NCBI GenBank assembly: GCA_018696595.1 | Contig: JABHQW010000008.1 | Span: forward strand, 224,001-288,000 | Source: Candidatus Woesearchaeota archaeon | Lineage (GTDB): Archaea; Nanobdellota; Nanobdellia; Woesearchaeales; GW2011-AR9 | DNA: 64,000 nucleotides | Direction: 5' to 3' | Part shown: piece after piece, positions 28,645 through 38,885 of the stretch | Numbering within the stretch: the stretch's first letter is position 1 | Layout: the number at the start of each line of letters is the position of its first letter | Program-made: the position numbers and the translations under genes | The notes under the pieces: generated by a model | The model's database searches: none | The model's input: the letters and a program-made list of their open reading frames with translations, nothing else | What the model was told of the DNA's origin: nothing

Positions 28645-29121
28645 TCAATTCATACTTCTCAACTGCCCTTCAATGTCTTTTAGCTGAGCTTCTAATTCAT
28701 CAAGTTCAGAAGTAGTTTTCTTAACAGGAACTTCTAGTTGAGGTTCTTCTGCCATCTCTGGAACTGGTGCTTCAACTTGAACTTTCTTAACCGGTTCAGG
28801 CTTAATTCCAAGCGCTTTTAACTTTCCTTTTGGGAAATGAGACTTAAGTTGTCCTTCAACTAACCGATTAATTTCAGTAATACTTGTTTTAAGCTGATTA
28901 AAAGTAGCGACCTTTTCTTCTTGAATTTTTTTAAATTTTTCATAACTTTGCATGAAAATGATAACTTCTCTTAATGATTCAAGAATATTCTTTCGTGCAT
29001 TCTTTGGGTCGTTAACTTGTACCATATACTCTGGTTCTTTTTCCCTACTGACTGTTTTTCTCTTTACTGCTTTCTTAGTCCGTTTGGTACTAGTTTTCCT
29101 TACTACTTTTTTCTTAGCCAT
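28645..29121 (-). CDS. Coiled-coil protein with basic N-terminal tail
   Basis: K/R-rich N-terminus, long heptad regions. Confidence 0.7.
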   Translation of the reverse strand: MAKKKVVRKTSTKRTKKAVKRKTVSREKEPEYMVQVNDPKNARKNILESLREVIIFMQSYEKFKKIQEEKVATFNQLKTSITEINRLVEGQLKSHFPKGKLKALGIKPEPVKKVQVEAPVPEMAEEPQLEVPVKKTTSELDELEAQLKDIEGQLRSMN

Positions 29122-29130
29122 TTTTTATTG

Positions 29131-29358
29131 TTAAAATTGTTCAGGTTCATTCAAGGAATGGTCAATAAAATCAACCTTCTTTTCAATTTCACCTAAAGCA
29201 CTTTGCCACATTTCTAATTGGTGGTCTTCTTCATTTTTCAAATCATTTATTTTTAACAATGTTTCTTTAGCGTCGTCAATTTTTTTCCTAATTGTCTTGA
29301 CTAAATCAAGTACATTGTCATATTCATCTATTTTTACGAAAACAGGCATACGATCCAT
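29131..29358 (-). CDS. Small coiled-coil protein (PVFVKIDEY motif)
   Basis: ATG 29358 after a GGTGA SD; short beta motif plus coiled coil. Confidence 0.75.
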   Translation of the reverse strand: MDRMPVFVKIDEYDNVLDLVKTIRKKIDDAKETLLKINDLKNEEDHQLEMWQSALGEIEKKVDFIDHSLNEPEQF

Positions 29359-29359
29359 T

Positions 29360-29851
29360 TCAATCACCTTTAAAGATTATTTTGTCAACTTGTAACAATT
29401 TATCATGAGCAGACTTGGTTGTTCTTCTTAATTTACTAAAGTTCTTGTCTTCATTATACTCAGAATGTTCAAGACTTTTACTAGCTTCTCTTAACTCGGA
29501 AATATTACTTTTAATTGCACTCAATTCATTTAATATCTTTTGGTAAACCTCAACTTTAATGAATAAGGGTTCATTATTTGCAGCTGTTGAAAAAGGATTT
29601 TTGGGAGGTACAAATTCATTTGCACCCATTTCTTTATTCAACTCTTCAGTTTTTGGTTCTTCATCCATTGGGGCTTGTTCGGGAGTACTTATTGGTTCAT
29701 TAACTCCAACCGCAGCATGAACTTGCTCTGGCTCAAAAACTTTTTCAGAAGGAGCCCTTCTATTAAATTGCAATGCTTTCTCGTTAAAGTTTTTCCCCTC
29801 AGGGAACGGAACTTTAGGAGTAATTTTCTTTTTTCCGAATAACCAGCCCAT
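29360..29851 (-). CDS. Coiled-coil protein (PLFIKVEVY motif), paralog of the downstream gene
   Basis: C-terminal ~70 aa align by eye with 29131-29358. Confidence 0.75.
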   Translation of the reverse strand: MGWLFGKKKITPKVPFPEGKNFNEKALQFNRRAPSEKVFEPEQVHAAVGVNEPISTPEQAPMDEEPKTEELNKEMGANEFVPPKNPFSTAANNEPLFIKVEVYQKILNELSAIKSNISELREASKSLEHSEYNEDKNFSKLRRTTKSAHDKLLQVDKIIFKGD

Positions 29852-29952
29852 TTTATTCTTCTTAGGTAAGAAACGTTTAAAAACTTTGTTTAGTATTATA
29901 TAATAGTGAATGGAAAAGTATTTAACCTAACTTCTATTATTTTGTTCTTAAA

Positions 29953-32157
29953 ATGAGGTTTTTTATTTTATTTGCATTGGTTTTTGTAATTCTTTGTACA
30001 GTTTGTAGTGCAGAATTATTAATTACTGAAATAATGTATAATCCTTCTTCAGAAATGGGTTCTGATTCTGATTTAGAATGGGTAGAAATTTATAATTCTA
30101 ATAATCAAGAATTTGATTTAGCTGGTTTTACAATTAATAATAAAAAAATTGATTCTGTTAAGATCCCCGCAAACTCTTATTTAGTAATCGCAAAAGAACT
30201 TATTGATGGCAAAGATAAAGACCTAGATAGTTTTGAATCTTGTTATGGGAATTCAGATCGTGCTTGGAATAGTTCTGATTTGAGTATCAATATAGTTGAT
30301 TCTCAATCGTTTAGTTTAAGTAATACAAAAGGAACAATCACTCTTTCTGATAGCAATTATGAAATTGCAACTTATTATGAAGATGATTTTGCGGATGGAG
30401 ATGGTTATTCTTTAGAATTGATTAATAATACCTGGGTTCAGAGCAAGGAACTTTATGGAACCCCTGGAAGAAAAAATACTGGCAGTTTAGTTATTGAAGA
30501 AACTGTTAAAACCATTCCAGAAGAAATTCAATTAAGTGTTCATTTGGATGACACCATTTATACTAACTTATTGTATGATGATTTGTTTAAATTAAAGTTA
30601 GTTAACAAAGATAATTGTTCTAAAAAGAATTATGTTACTGTTGATTATTATTTAACGGATGAGAATCAAACAACAATACAAGAAAACACTTTTACAAGAG
30701 AGAATATTGGTTGTTCCTCTTATTCTAGTACTGGAAAAATTGTTTTATCTTCTGGTGGTACGTTTAATTTATGTGGCAAAGTTGTTAATTCTGACTTTGG
30801 TAATAGTTTTAATTCTGATTTTATTTGCAAACAGGTAAAAGTGATTGATGTTTCAAAGATTCCTTGCGAAGTTTTTATCTCAGTATTAACTGAAAAAGTT
30901 TTTTACCAAGATGGCGAGAAAGTAAGTTTTTACAATCAACTTAATGAAAAGACATATCCTTATTCAATTGAGTATTGGGTAGAAGATTTATTTGGCAATT
31001 CTATTAAGAATAAGGTGACAACAACTAACACTAATAAAAAGTCTTATACTCCAAGAATTGAAGAAGAAGATCGTGTTCTTTTCCTTAAAGCTAGAGTTAC
31101 TCCAGCTTGCAAAGATTATAATCTTACTAATAACTATTTTGAGAAAATGTTGATTATTACTAATCCTCAAATTACTTCTAGCGAAAATGTTGGTGGGGAA
31201 GAAGATTCAACAATTGAGATTAAGAAAGTCACTCCTGCCAATAAAAAGTTTGGCAGTGTTGTTAAAGCAGAGGTCGGAATCTATAAAGGTAGTACTAGCA
31301 AATATTCTCTTTCAGCATATGTAGAAAAGTCTGGAAAGAAGATTAGTGAAATTACTAAAATTAATCTGAAAGATAAACATACTAATTACAAAGTGACCTT
31401 GCCCATCCAATTGGACCCTAATTGTAATTTAAAAGTCAAAGAAGGAAAAGCAAAGTTAATTGTTGAAGGTTTGGGGACGGAAGATTCTGAAACTATTGAA
31501 ATTGAAGGGGTTGATAAAACTTTATGTAGGGATTATTTGTCTTACGTTAAGGAGCTAGAAAAAGATTCTTCTAATTCTGATACTTCTGGAGGCGCAAACA
31601 AATTTGCTTATACTTTTGTTAATTTCCCCCAAAAAGAGAAATCAGGAAAAGAGTTTGATTTACAAGTAAAGTTTACGGGAGACAGTTCAGATCATGAAAT
31701 AAAGGTTTGGGCTTATTTGTACAGGGGAAGTAAATGTTATTCTTGTTGTAACGATTGCGAATCTGCAAGGGAACGAGATGATAATTTAATTGAGTTTGAC
31801 TTAGATTCTGGAAAAGAGAAAGTGGTTTCTTTGCCTGTTTCGATTGATTCTGGTTTAGAATCTGGTGATTATAATCTGAAACTGAAAATAATTAAGGATA
31901 ATCAGAAAACTGTTAAGGAATTGACTGGGCCGATTAAAATTGAAACAGAAGCGGCTATAAAACAAACAGTTTCTACTCAACAAGTTTCTGTTGATAGTGG
32001 TAGTTCTGGAGAAACTGTAACAACTCCTTCCAAAGGTTATTCCTCAAAAGGCTTGGTAGTTTATGAATCTAGTTCTGAGAAAGCCAAGAAAGTAATTCCT
32101 TATTTGTTGGTTGTTGTTTTTGTGTTGATTTGTTTTGTACTGGTAAAGAAGCAATAG
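29953..32157 (+). CDS. Lamin-tail-domain surface protein with C-terminal TM anchor
   Basis: Signal peptide, LITEIMYNP...EWVEIYN, GTPG, C-terminal TM. Confidence 0.8.
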   Translation: MRFFILFALVFVILCTVCSAELLITEIMYNPSSEMGSDSDLEWVEIYNSNNQEFDLAGFTINNKKIDSVKIPANSYLVIAKELIDGKDKDLDSFESCYGNSDRAWNSSDLSINIVDSQSFSLSNTKGTITLSDSNYEIATYYEDDFADGDGYSLELINNTWVQSKELYGTPGRKNTGSLVIEETVKTIPEEIQLSVHLDDTIYTNLLYDDLFKLKLVNKDNCSKKNYVTVDYYLTDENQTTIQENTFTRENIGCSSYSSTGKIVLSSGGTFNLCGKVVNSDFGNSFNSDFICKQVKVIDVSKIPCEVFISVLTEKVFYQDGEKVSFYNQLNEKTYPYSIEYWVEDLFGNSIKNKVTTTNTNKKSYTPRIEEEDRVLFLKARVTPACKDYNLTNNYFEKMLIITNPQITSSENVGGEEDSTIEIKKVTPANKKFGSVVKAEVGIYKGSTSKYSLSAYVEKSGKKISEITKINLKDKHTNYKVTLPIQLDPNCNLKVKEGKAKLIVEGLGTEDSETIEIEGVDKTLCRDYLSYVKELEKDSSNSDTSGGANKFAYTFVNFPQKEKSGKEFDLQVKFTGDSSDHEIKVWAYLYRGSKCYSCCNDCESARERDDNLIEFDLDSGKEKVVSLPVSIDSGLESGDYNLKLKIIKDNQKTVKELTGPIKIETEAAIKQTVSTQQVSVDSGSSGETVTTPSKGYSSKGLVVYESSSEKAKKVIPYLLVVVFVLICFVLVKKQ

Positions 32158-32164
32158 TTTGGAT

Positions 32165-32947
32165 TTACCACAATAAATCTGAAGAATCTTTTTGCATCAT
32201 AAACATTTGATCATTAAAATACCAAAAAACTAATGTTTTATCTTTTGGTTTAAGTTTTGTTAAAAGGGTATAATTCTTCATATTTATACCATGTAACATG
32301 ATGTAATCTACGCCCATCTCTTCCATCTCTTGATAGAATTTTTCAACTAAATATTCGGAGGGCAAATAAGTTACTGGATGCAATAAGTAAATTTTTCCTG
32401 TTTTTAATTCTGGGTAATGTTCAGAGACATAATTAATAACCTCTGAGGAAATTGAACTAATTAAAATTAGATCCAAAATTCCTCTTTCTTTACAATCTTT
32501 AATAATTAAATCTACTATTTCTTTATCATCTTCAAAATTTCCTTGAGATTTGATTTCAATATTGACTCTTTTCTTGTTGCCTATTAAGTTCATTACTTCT
32601 TCATAAAGAGGGATGTGATATGTACTAATCTCAGAAAGTTCTAAGTAAGTTAAATCTGAAATCTTAGCGTGATTATTTTGCATACGAAATAAAGTTAGAT
32701 CATGAAAAACTACTATTTGTTTATCTTTGCTATATTGTATATCAAATTCGATAAATTCATATTTTGAATCTTCTAATGCATTGTTTATGGCAGAAATGGT
32801 GTTTTCAGAATAATCTACAGAGTTGCCTCTGTGGGCCCCTAAAACCAAAGGAAATTCACTCTCGGCATTTATACTAGGCACATATGATAACGTCATGGCT
32901 AGATAAATTACGATAACTAATGTTGCAATTTTAATATTTTTCTTCAT
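32165..32947 (-). CDS. Glycerophosphodiester phosphodiesterase, membrane-anchored
   Basis: GAHRG, ENT, IEFDIQYSKD, VVFHD, NIEIK; likely start MKKNIK at 32947. Confidence 0.88.
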   Translation of the reverse strand: MKKNIKIATLVIVIYLAMTLSYVPSINAESEFPLVLGAHRGNSVDYSENTISAINNALEDSKYEFIEFDIQYSKDKQIVVFHDLTLFRMQNNHAKISDLTYLELSEISTYHIPLYEEVMNLIGNKKRVNIEIKSQGNFEDDKEIVDLIIKDCKERGILDLILISSISSEVINYVSEHYPELKTGKIYLLHPVTYLPSEYLVEKFYQEMEEMGVDYIMLHGINMKNYTLLTKLKPKDKTLVFWYFNDQMFMMQKDSSDLLW

Positions 32948-33056
32948 AATAGTATTAATGGCTTCTCCCTTTATAAATGTTTTGTATTTTAGTCCTTGTT
33001 CAGTAGTAACAAGGAGTTCAGAAACACTTAAAAACCAATTCAAATTATCATTAATT

Positions 33057-33629
33057 ATGGTTAAAAATATATTATTTAGGGCTGTAATTGAGGTTTTAGG
33101 AAAGCCAGAAGAACATGTAGAAAAATCTCTTAAAAAGTTTGTTGGTAATTTAAAGAAAGATGAAGATTTTAAAGTTACTAGTGAAGATTATGCTCAAATA
33201 AAAAAACAAGATGAACAAGAACTTTGGGCAGGATTTGCTGAAATCGAAGCATCAACTAATAACATTGACAATTTAGTACGTTTTTGTTTTGATTATATGC
33301 CTTCAATGATTGAAATCATTGAACCAAAAGAATTGAAACTTAGTGAAACAGATCTTTCTCATTTTTTGAACAGTTTACAAGCAAGATTACATAATATTGA
33401 TATGGTAGCTAAGCAAGTTAAGTTTGAAAATGATCAACTGAAAAGAAACATGACTGGATTGTTAAGAAATTATTTACTTGTTTTATTAAATAATAAAAGT
33501 TTTAGTTCTGAGCAATTAAGTAAATTTACAGGAGTAAAGCAAGAAAAATTAGAAGATTATTTAGATCAATTAATTGATGAAGGAAGGGTTGAATTAAAAG
33601 ATGGTGTTTATTCAGCTAAAAAAAAATAA
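33057..33629 (+). CDS. Conserved archaeal hypothetical protein with C-terminal wHTH
   Basis: IEVLGKP...FDYMPSMIEIIEP, coiled coil, wHTH-like end; likely start 33057. Confidence 0.7.
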   Translation: MVKNILFRAVIEVLGKPEEHVEKSLKKFVGNLKKDEDFKVTSEDYAQIKKQDEQELWAGFAEIEASTNNIDNLVRFCFDYMPSMIEIIEPKELKLSETDLSHFLNSLQARLHNIDMVAKQVKFENDQLKRNMTGLLRNYLLVLLNNKSFSSEQLSKFTGVKQEKLEDYLDQLIDEGRVELKDGVYSAKKK

Positions 33630-33659
33630 ATTAAATTTTTTAAAAAGAGGGTACACAAA

Positions 33660-34277
33660 ATGACTAATCAAAAAAAAGTAGAAGCAGTTCTATTTGCAGT
33701 TGGTAAAGAAATAACTTCTGAACGAATTGCTAATCTTTGTTCTTTAGAAATTAAAGAAGTAAATAAAGTTATGAAAGCGCTTACTAAAGATTATGAACAA
33801 AGCGATAATGCTTTAAAAATTGAAGCAAGAGATAATGGTTGGAAATTAACTGTTCAAGATAAATATGTTCCTCTTGTTAGTAATTTAGTTTCTTCATTAG
33901 AATTAGAGAAACCATTAATGGACACGTTGGCAGTCGTTGCTTGGAAATATCCAATCGTGCAATCAGAAATTATTAAGTTGCGTGGTTCTGGCGCTTATGA
34001 TCATATGCGAGAATTAGTAGAAATGGGTTTTATTGCTAAAGAGAAGTTTGGCCGAACCTATAAAGTTAAATTATCTCAGAAATTCTTTTCTTATTTTGAT
34101 CTCCCTTCAGAAGAGGCTAAGCAAGCCTTTTTGAAAGAAGTCCCTGCAGAGGTTTTAGAAGAAGCTGGTGCTGTTGAGAAAGAAGCAGAGGAAGTAGAAC
34201 GGCTAGTTGAACTTGAAGGAAAAGAAAAGGCTGGGAAGGACGAGATTGGTTCTGCTATGGATGAACTTCAAAAGTAG
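33660..34277 (+). CDS. scpB: Segregation and condensation protein B
   Basis: VEAVLFA, WKLTV, TLAVVAWKYPI, RG, F..YFDL. Confidence 0.88.
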   Translation: MTNQKKVEAVLFAVGKEITSERIANLCSLEIKEVNKVMKALTKDYEQSDNALKIEARDNGWKLTVQDKYVPLVSNLVSSLELEKPLMDTLAVVAWKYPIVQSEIIKLRGSGAYDHMRELVEMGFIAKEKFGRTYKVKLSQKFFSYFDLPSEEAKQAFLKEVPAEVLEEAGAVEKEAEEVERLVELEGKEKAGKDEIGSAMDELQK

Positions 34278-34386
34278 ATTAGTTTTCTTGTTTTTTATTC
34301 TATAAAACCACAACATTTATAAAGCCCCCTACTCTATTATTTTTAGGGTTTTATCGTCGATAAAAGAGGAAAATCAATTATTAACA

Positions 34387-36990
34387 ATGGAAGAAACAGC
34401 ACCACAAAAAAGTGAGAAAATTGTACCTAAAGTCATCGAAGAAGAGATGAAAGAAGCTTACGTTAATTATGCCATGTCTGTAATTATTGGCCGGGCACTT
34501 CCAGATGTGAGAGATGGATTAAAACCGGTTCACCGAAGAATTCTTTATGCAATGCACGATCTGGGAATGTTTTACAATAAATCATCTAAGAAGTGTGCCC
34601 GAATTGTTGGTGATGTTTTGGGTAAGTATCATCCTCATGGTGATGCTTCGGTTTATGACGCTTTAGTTCGGATGGCTCAAAGTTTTTCTTTACGTTACCC
34701 TTTAATTAAAGGTCAAGGTAATTTTGGTAGTTTAGATGGGGATAAAGCAGCAGCTTACAGATATACTGAAGCAAAATTACAAAAGTTAGCTAATGAAATG
34801 CTTAAAGATATTGAGAAAAATACTGTTGATTTTAAAGATAACTTTGATGGTTCATTAAAAGAACCAGTAGTTTTACCTAACAAATTACCTAACTTATTAG
34901 TTAACGGTTCTACAGGAATTGCAGTTGGAATGGCTACAAATATTCCTCCTCATAATGTTGGCGAGATTTGTGAAGCAACAATTGCAATCATTGACAATCC
35001 TGAAATTAGTGTTGAAGACTTAATGGAAATTATTCCTGGCCCTGACTTTCCAACTGGTGGAGAAGTTTCATGTGGAAATGCTTTATGGCACGCTTATGCA
35101 AAAGGTAAAGGTAAAGTTGTAATTAAAGCGGTTGTTGAGATTGAAGATGATAAAATTATTGTTAAAGAAATTCCTTACATGGTTAACAAAGCGGAACTGA
35201 TTGAACATATTGCTTTGTTAGTTAGAGATAAAAAGATTTTAGGAATTAGAAATATTAATGATGAATCTGATCGGGAAGGTATCCGGGTTGTTATTGATTT
35301 GAAAAGAGATGCTGATTCACAGGTGATTTTGAATCAGTTGTACAAATATAGCAGATTAAAAGTTTCTTTTGGAATTAATTTACTTGCTTTGGTAGACAAT
35401 CAACCAAAAGTATTAGGAATAAAAGAAATAATGGAACTCCACATTAAGCATCGGAAAGAAGTTATTGTTAGAAGAACCCAATATGATTTAGATCAAGCTG
35501 AGAAAAAAATTCACATTTTGGATGGGTTATTAGTTGCTTTAAATAATATTGATGCAGTGATCCCGGGAATTAAGAACAGTAAAACCGTTGAAGAGGCTAA
35601 ACAGTTTTTAATGACAAATTATGACCTTTCTGAGATTCAGGCTAAAGCAATCCTTGAAATGAAATTACAAAAGTTAGCTTCTTTAGAACAGGAAAAAATT
35701 AGGTCTGAACATAAAGAATTATTGGAAAGAATTGCACATTATCAATCAATTTTATCTTCAGATGAAAAAGTATTAAATTTGATTAAAGAAGAATTAGCTG
35801 AGATAAATAGTAATTATGATGACGGAAGAAGATCAAAGATTGTTCAGGGAGAAGATGAAGATATTGATATGGAAGAATTGATTGAAGAAGAAACTGTTGT
35901 TGTTACTATGACTAATTCTGGTTATGTTAAAAGATTGCCTTTAGAAACTTACAAAGTTCAACATCGGGGTGGTAGAGGCGTCAAAGCAACGGGGATGAAA
36001 GATGAAGATTTTGTTGAGAAATTTTACGTAACCTCAACACACGCTTATATGTTATTTTTTACAGATCAAGGACAAGTTTATTGGTTAAAAGTTTACAATC
36101 TTCCTGAAGGGAGTAGACAAGCTCGAGGGAGACATCTTGCTAACTTATTAGAACTTAACGAAGGAGAAAATATTAATGCCGTAATTCCTGTAAGAGACTT
36201 TAAAGAAGGTTATTTATTCTTTGCAACTAAACAAGGAACTGTTAAGAAAACAGAATTATTGAACTTTTCTAGGCCTCGAAAAGGTGGAATTAGGGCGATA
36301 AGTTTAGATGAAAATGATTCTTTAATTGGTGTTAAATACACTGGTGGCGATAAAGAGATTCTTTTAGCTACTAAGAACGGGCTTGCTAATCGATTTAGAG
36401 AGAAAGATGTTCGTTCAATGGGTAGAACTGCTCGAGGGGTTAGAGGAATTAAGTTAAGAGAAAATGATGAAGTTATTGGTATGTTAGCAGCAGAAGAAGG
36501 TAAAGAAATTTTAACTTTAACTGAGAAAGGTTATGGTAAAAGAACCCCCGTTTCTGATTATCGGTTATGTAATCGTGGTGGAAGAGGGGTAACCAACATT
36601 AAAGTTACTGATAAAAACGGCCCCGCTAAAACTGTAAAGTTAGTTGACGGTTCTGAAGGATTAATGATTATGTCCAAGAATGGTATCGCGATTAGAATGA
36701 AATGTACAAGCATCTCTGTAATTGGAAGAGCAACTCAAGGAGTAAGGGTTATGCGTTTAAGTGAGAGTGACGAATTGGCGGCCGCTGCAAAGATTATTGA
36801 TGAAGATAATGATGATAAAGAACTTCCTTTAGTTGAAGAAGAAGAAAATAGTAATGGTGGTCCTGATGAAAATAGTGAAGATGACTTAGTTAATGATGAA
36901 TCTGCAGAAAGTGAAGGCCAAGATGATGAAGAAAATGAAGAGAGTAATGAAGATAATGAAGAATTAAATGAAGAGGAAAATAGTTCTTAG
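34387..36990 (+). CDS. gyrA: DNA gyrase subunit A
   Basis: [22 protein letters not shown], catalytic RY, GyrA-box QHRGGRG, beta-pinwheel repeats, acidic tail. Confidence 0.97.
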   Translation: MEETAPQKSEKIVPKVIEEEMKEAYVNYAMSVIIGRALPDVRDGLKPVHRRILYAMHDLGMFYNKSSKKCARIVGDVLGKYHPHGDASVYDALVRMAQSFSLRYPLIKGQGNFGSLDGDKAAAYRYTEAKLQKLANEMLKDIEKNTVDFKDNFDGSLKEPVVLPNKLPNLLVNGSTGIAVGMATNIPPHNVGEICEATIAIIDNPEISVEDLMEIIPGPDFPTGGEVSCGNALWHAYAKGKGKVVIKAVVEIEDDKIIVKEIPYMVNKAELIEHIALLVRDKKILGIRNINDESDREGIRVVIDLKRDADSQVILNQLYKYSRLKVSFGINLLALVDNQPKVLGIKEIMELHIKHRKEVIVRRTQYDLDQAEKKIHILDGLLVALNNIDAVIPGIKNSKTVEEAKQFLMTNYDLSEIQAKAILEMKLQKLASLEQEKIRSEHKELLERIAHYQSILSSDEKVLNLIKEELAEINSNYDDGRRSKIVQGEDEDIDMEELIEEETVVVTMTNSGYVKRLPLETYKVQHRGGRGVKATGMKDEDFVEKFYVTSTHAYMLFFTDQGQVYWLKVYNLPEGSRQARGRHLANLLELNEGENINAVIPVRDFKEGYLFFATKQGTVKKTELLNFSRPRKGGIRAISLDENDSLIGVKYTGGDKEILLATKNGLANRFREKDVRSMGRTARGVRGIKLRENDEVIGMLAAEEGKEILTLTEKGYGKRTPVSDYRLCNRGGRGVTNIKVTDKNGPAKTVKLVDGSEGLMIMSKNGIAIRMKCTSISVIGRATQGVRVMRLSESDELAAAAKIIDEDNDDKELPLVEEEENSNGGPDENSEDDLVNDESAESEGQDDEENEESNEDNEELNEEENSS

Positions 36991-36993
36991 ATT

Positions 36994-37938
36994 ATGAAAA
37001 TATTTATCTTAGTCAATCCCGGAATGGAAGAAGTTGCTCAGCAAGAAGTTAAAGAGTTAGCTAATGTTTCTGCTAAGGTTTATGATTCTGTTTTAGAAGT
37101 TGAAGTTGATGATTATTCTAAATTAAAAAAATTACAATCAGCAAGAAGAGTTTTAGTTTCTTTAGGTAAAGGATTAGAAACTTTTGATAATGATGATTGG
37201 AAAAATCATTTTTCTGCTGACAAATTGTTTAAAGTTGAGATTGAAAATGTTAAGGGTCAAGAAAATCGTTTAGAACTTGCTAGAAAAGTTGCAGGGATGG
37301 TTTATGCTGAATTAGATTTTGAACCAAAATTAGAATTGAAAAAGCCAGAGATGTTGGTTATAGTTTATTTTAATGGTAAAGATTATTTTGTTGGGGTCGA
37401 TGAGAATGTTGAAGAATTAAATTCTCGTTCTTATCGGGTGTTTGCTCATTCTGCTTCCTTTAAGGGTGATCTGGCTTATTATTTTGTTAGAAAGTCTGGG
37501 TTTAAGAAAGGTGAGAAACTACTTGTTGGTTTTTGTAAAGATGGCACTTTAGCAATTGAAGCTGCTTTGTTTTCTGGGGAGAAGGTTTTTTCTTTTGATG
37601 AAAGCAGACAGAACATTACTGCTTCTAGGAAGAATGCCCAACTTGCTACTGTAAAAGATTTAGTTGAATCCCAAAAATATGCTTTGGATGAATTAGATGT
37701 TCGGTTTTCTGAAAAAGAGTTTGATTGTTTTATTTTACAAATTACTACTAAAGATGAGGGCAAATTGAATGAGATTTATTATCAAGCTAGTTATATTCTT
37801 AAGAAAGGCGGACGAATATTTATTATTGGTAGGGAAAATTGGGAATTATCTGTTTCTGAAAAGTTTAAGTTAATTTTTGAAGACACGGTTAAGAAAGGCG
37901 ATAGTGTGCATAAGTTCTGGCTAATGGAAAAGAAGTAG
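36994..37938 (+). CDS. THUMP + degenerate methyltransferase (Trm14-like)
   Basis: THUMP region, RSYRVFAHSA, GTLAIEAAL; SAM and NPPY motifs altered. Confidence 0.7.
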   Translation: MKIFILVNPGMEEVAQQEVKELANVSAKVYDSVLEVEVDDYSKLKKLQSARRVLVSLGKGLETFDNDDWKNHFSADKLFKVEIENVKGQENRLELARKVAGMVYAELDFEPKLELKKPEMLVIVYFNGKDYFVGVDENVEELNSRSYRVFAHSASFKGDLAYYFVRKSGFKKGEKLLVGFCKDGTLAIEAALFSGEKVFSFDESRQNITASRKNAQLATVKDLVESQKYALDELDVRFSEKEFDCFILQITTKDEGKLNEIYYQASYILKKGGRIFIIGRENWELSVSEKFKLIFEDTVKKGDSVHKFWLMEKK

Positions 37939-37949
37939 GTTGTAGTTAT

Positions 37950-38091
37950 TATAAAACCCTCACCATTGCCATAAGGTCAAAATTCTAACAAATTTAACAT
38001 TTAGTGCGTTACGAGGGGACGCTCCATCCGGGAACGTAGCACTATCAAAAACCAAAACGAGAATTTTGAAGGCAAAGAAGAGGGTTTTATA
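37950..38091. repeat. Long imperfect hairpin element B, same family as element A (inverted)
   Basis: TATAAAACCCTC/GAGGGTTTTATA, TTGCC/GGCAA, TCAAAATTCT/AGAATTTTGA, TAGTGC/GCACTA; GGGGACGCTCCATCCGGGA at 38015-38033. Confidence 0.75.
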
Positions 38092-38143
38092 TTTACCTTG
38101 AAAAACAAATTATTTATATAGCTAAACCTTTTTATTTATAGTA

Positions 38144-38884
38144 ATGGTTAGCACTAAAGAGAATATTGAAAGATTGAAAGAATACTTTCGTTACAGCAAA
38201 CAAGAATTAGTAGGAATAATTGTAGCGATTATTGTTTTTGGTTTTCTGTTTTCATTTAGAGATTGGGGTGAAGAACAGTTCGATTTAATGTTTGGGTTGA
38301 AAAACTTGTTCCTAGCACTTCTTGTTGTAGCAATATCATTCTTCTTCAGATTATCCAGTCAAAAGATTTATGCTCTAACTCAAGGCCAGAAAGCAGAATA
38401 TAAAGTTTGGTGGGCAGGAATAGTAGTTTCTTTAATTATTGGTTTTATTACTTTAGGAAGAGTGCCTTTGGTTTTAGCAGGGGGAATGATTTCTGCTTTT
38501 ATGGTTAAACAAAGGTTGGGAGAATTCAGATACGGTTTCTCACATTGGGTAATGGCGATAACCGCAATGTGGGGTTTATTTGGGAATTTAATTTTAGCGA
38601 TTTTATTTGCAGTTGGATTATATGCTATGCCCCAAAGTTATTTCTTTTTGTTAGGGATGCAATTTAATTTAATGATGGCTTTCTGTGCTTGGTTACCATT
38701 CCCACAACAGGATGGATTAAGTTTATTTTTTGGTTCAAGGAAAATGTTTGCGATTGGAATTGTAATGGTTCTTTTAGCTGCAGTATTATTATTAACAAGA
38801 ACAAAGGGGGGATTGATCGCTGCAATTGTAATAGGTTTAGCTGTCGCTATTGGTTATATTGCAATCGGATCTGAAAAAGATTAA
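38144..38884 (+). CDS. Polytopic membrane protein
   Basis: About 7 hydrophobic segments. Confidence 0.7.
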   Translation: MVSTKENIERLKEYFRYSKQELVGIIVAIIVFGFLFSFRDWGEEQFDLMFGLKNLFLALLVVAISFFFRLSSQKIYALTQGQKAEYKVWWAGIVVSLIIGFITLGRVPLVLAGGMISAFMVKQRLGEFRYGFSHWVMAITAMWGLFGNLILAILFAVGLYAMPQSYFFLLGMQFNLMMAFCAWLPFPQQDGLSLFFGSRKMFAIGIVMVLLAAVLLLTRTKGGLIAAIVIGLAVAIGYIAIGSEKD

Positions 38885-38885
38885 A

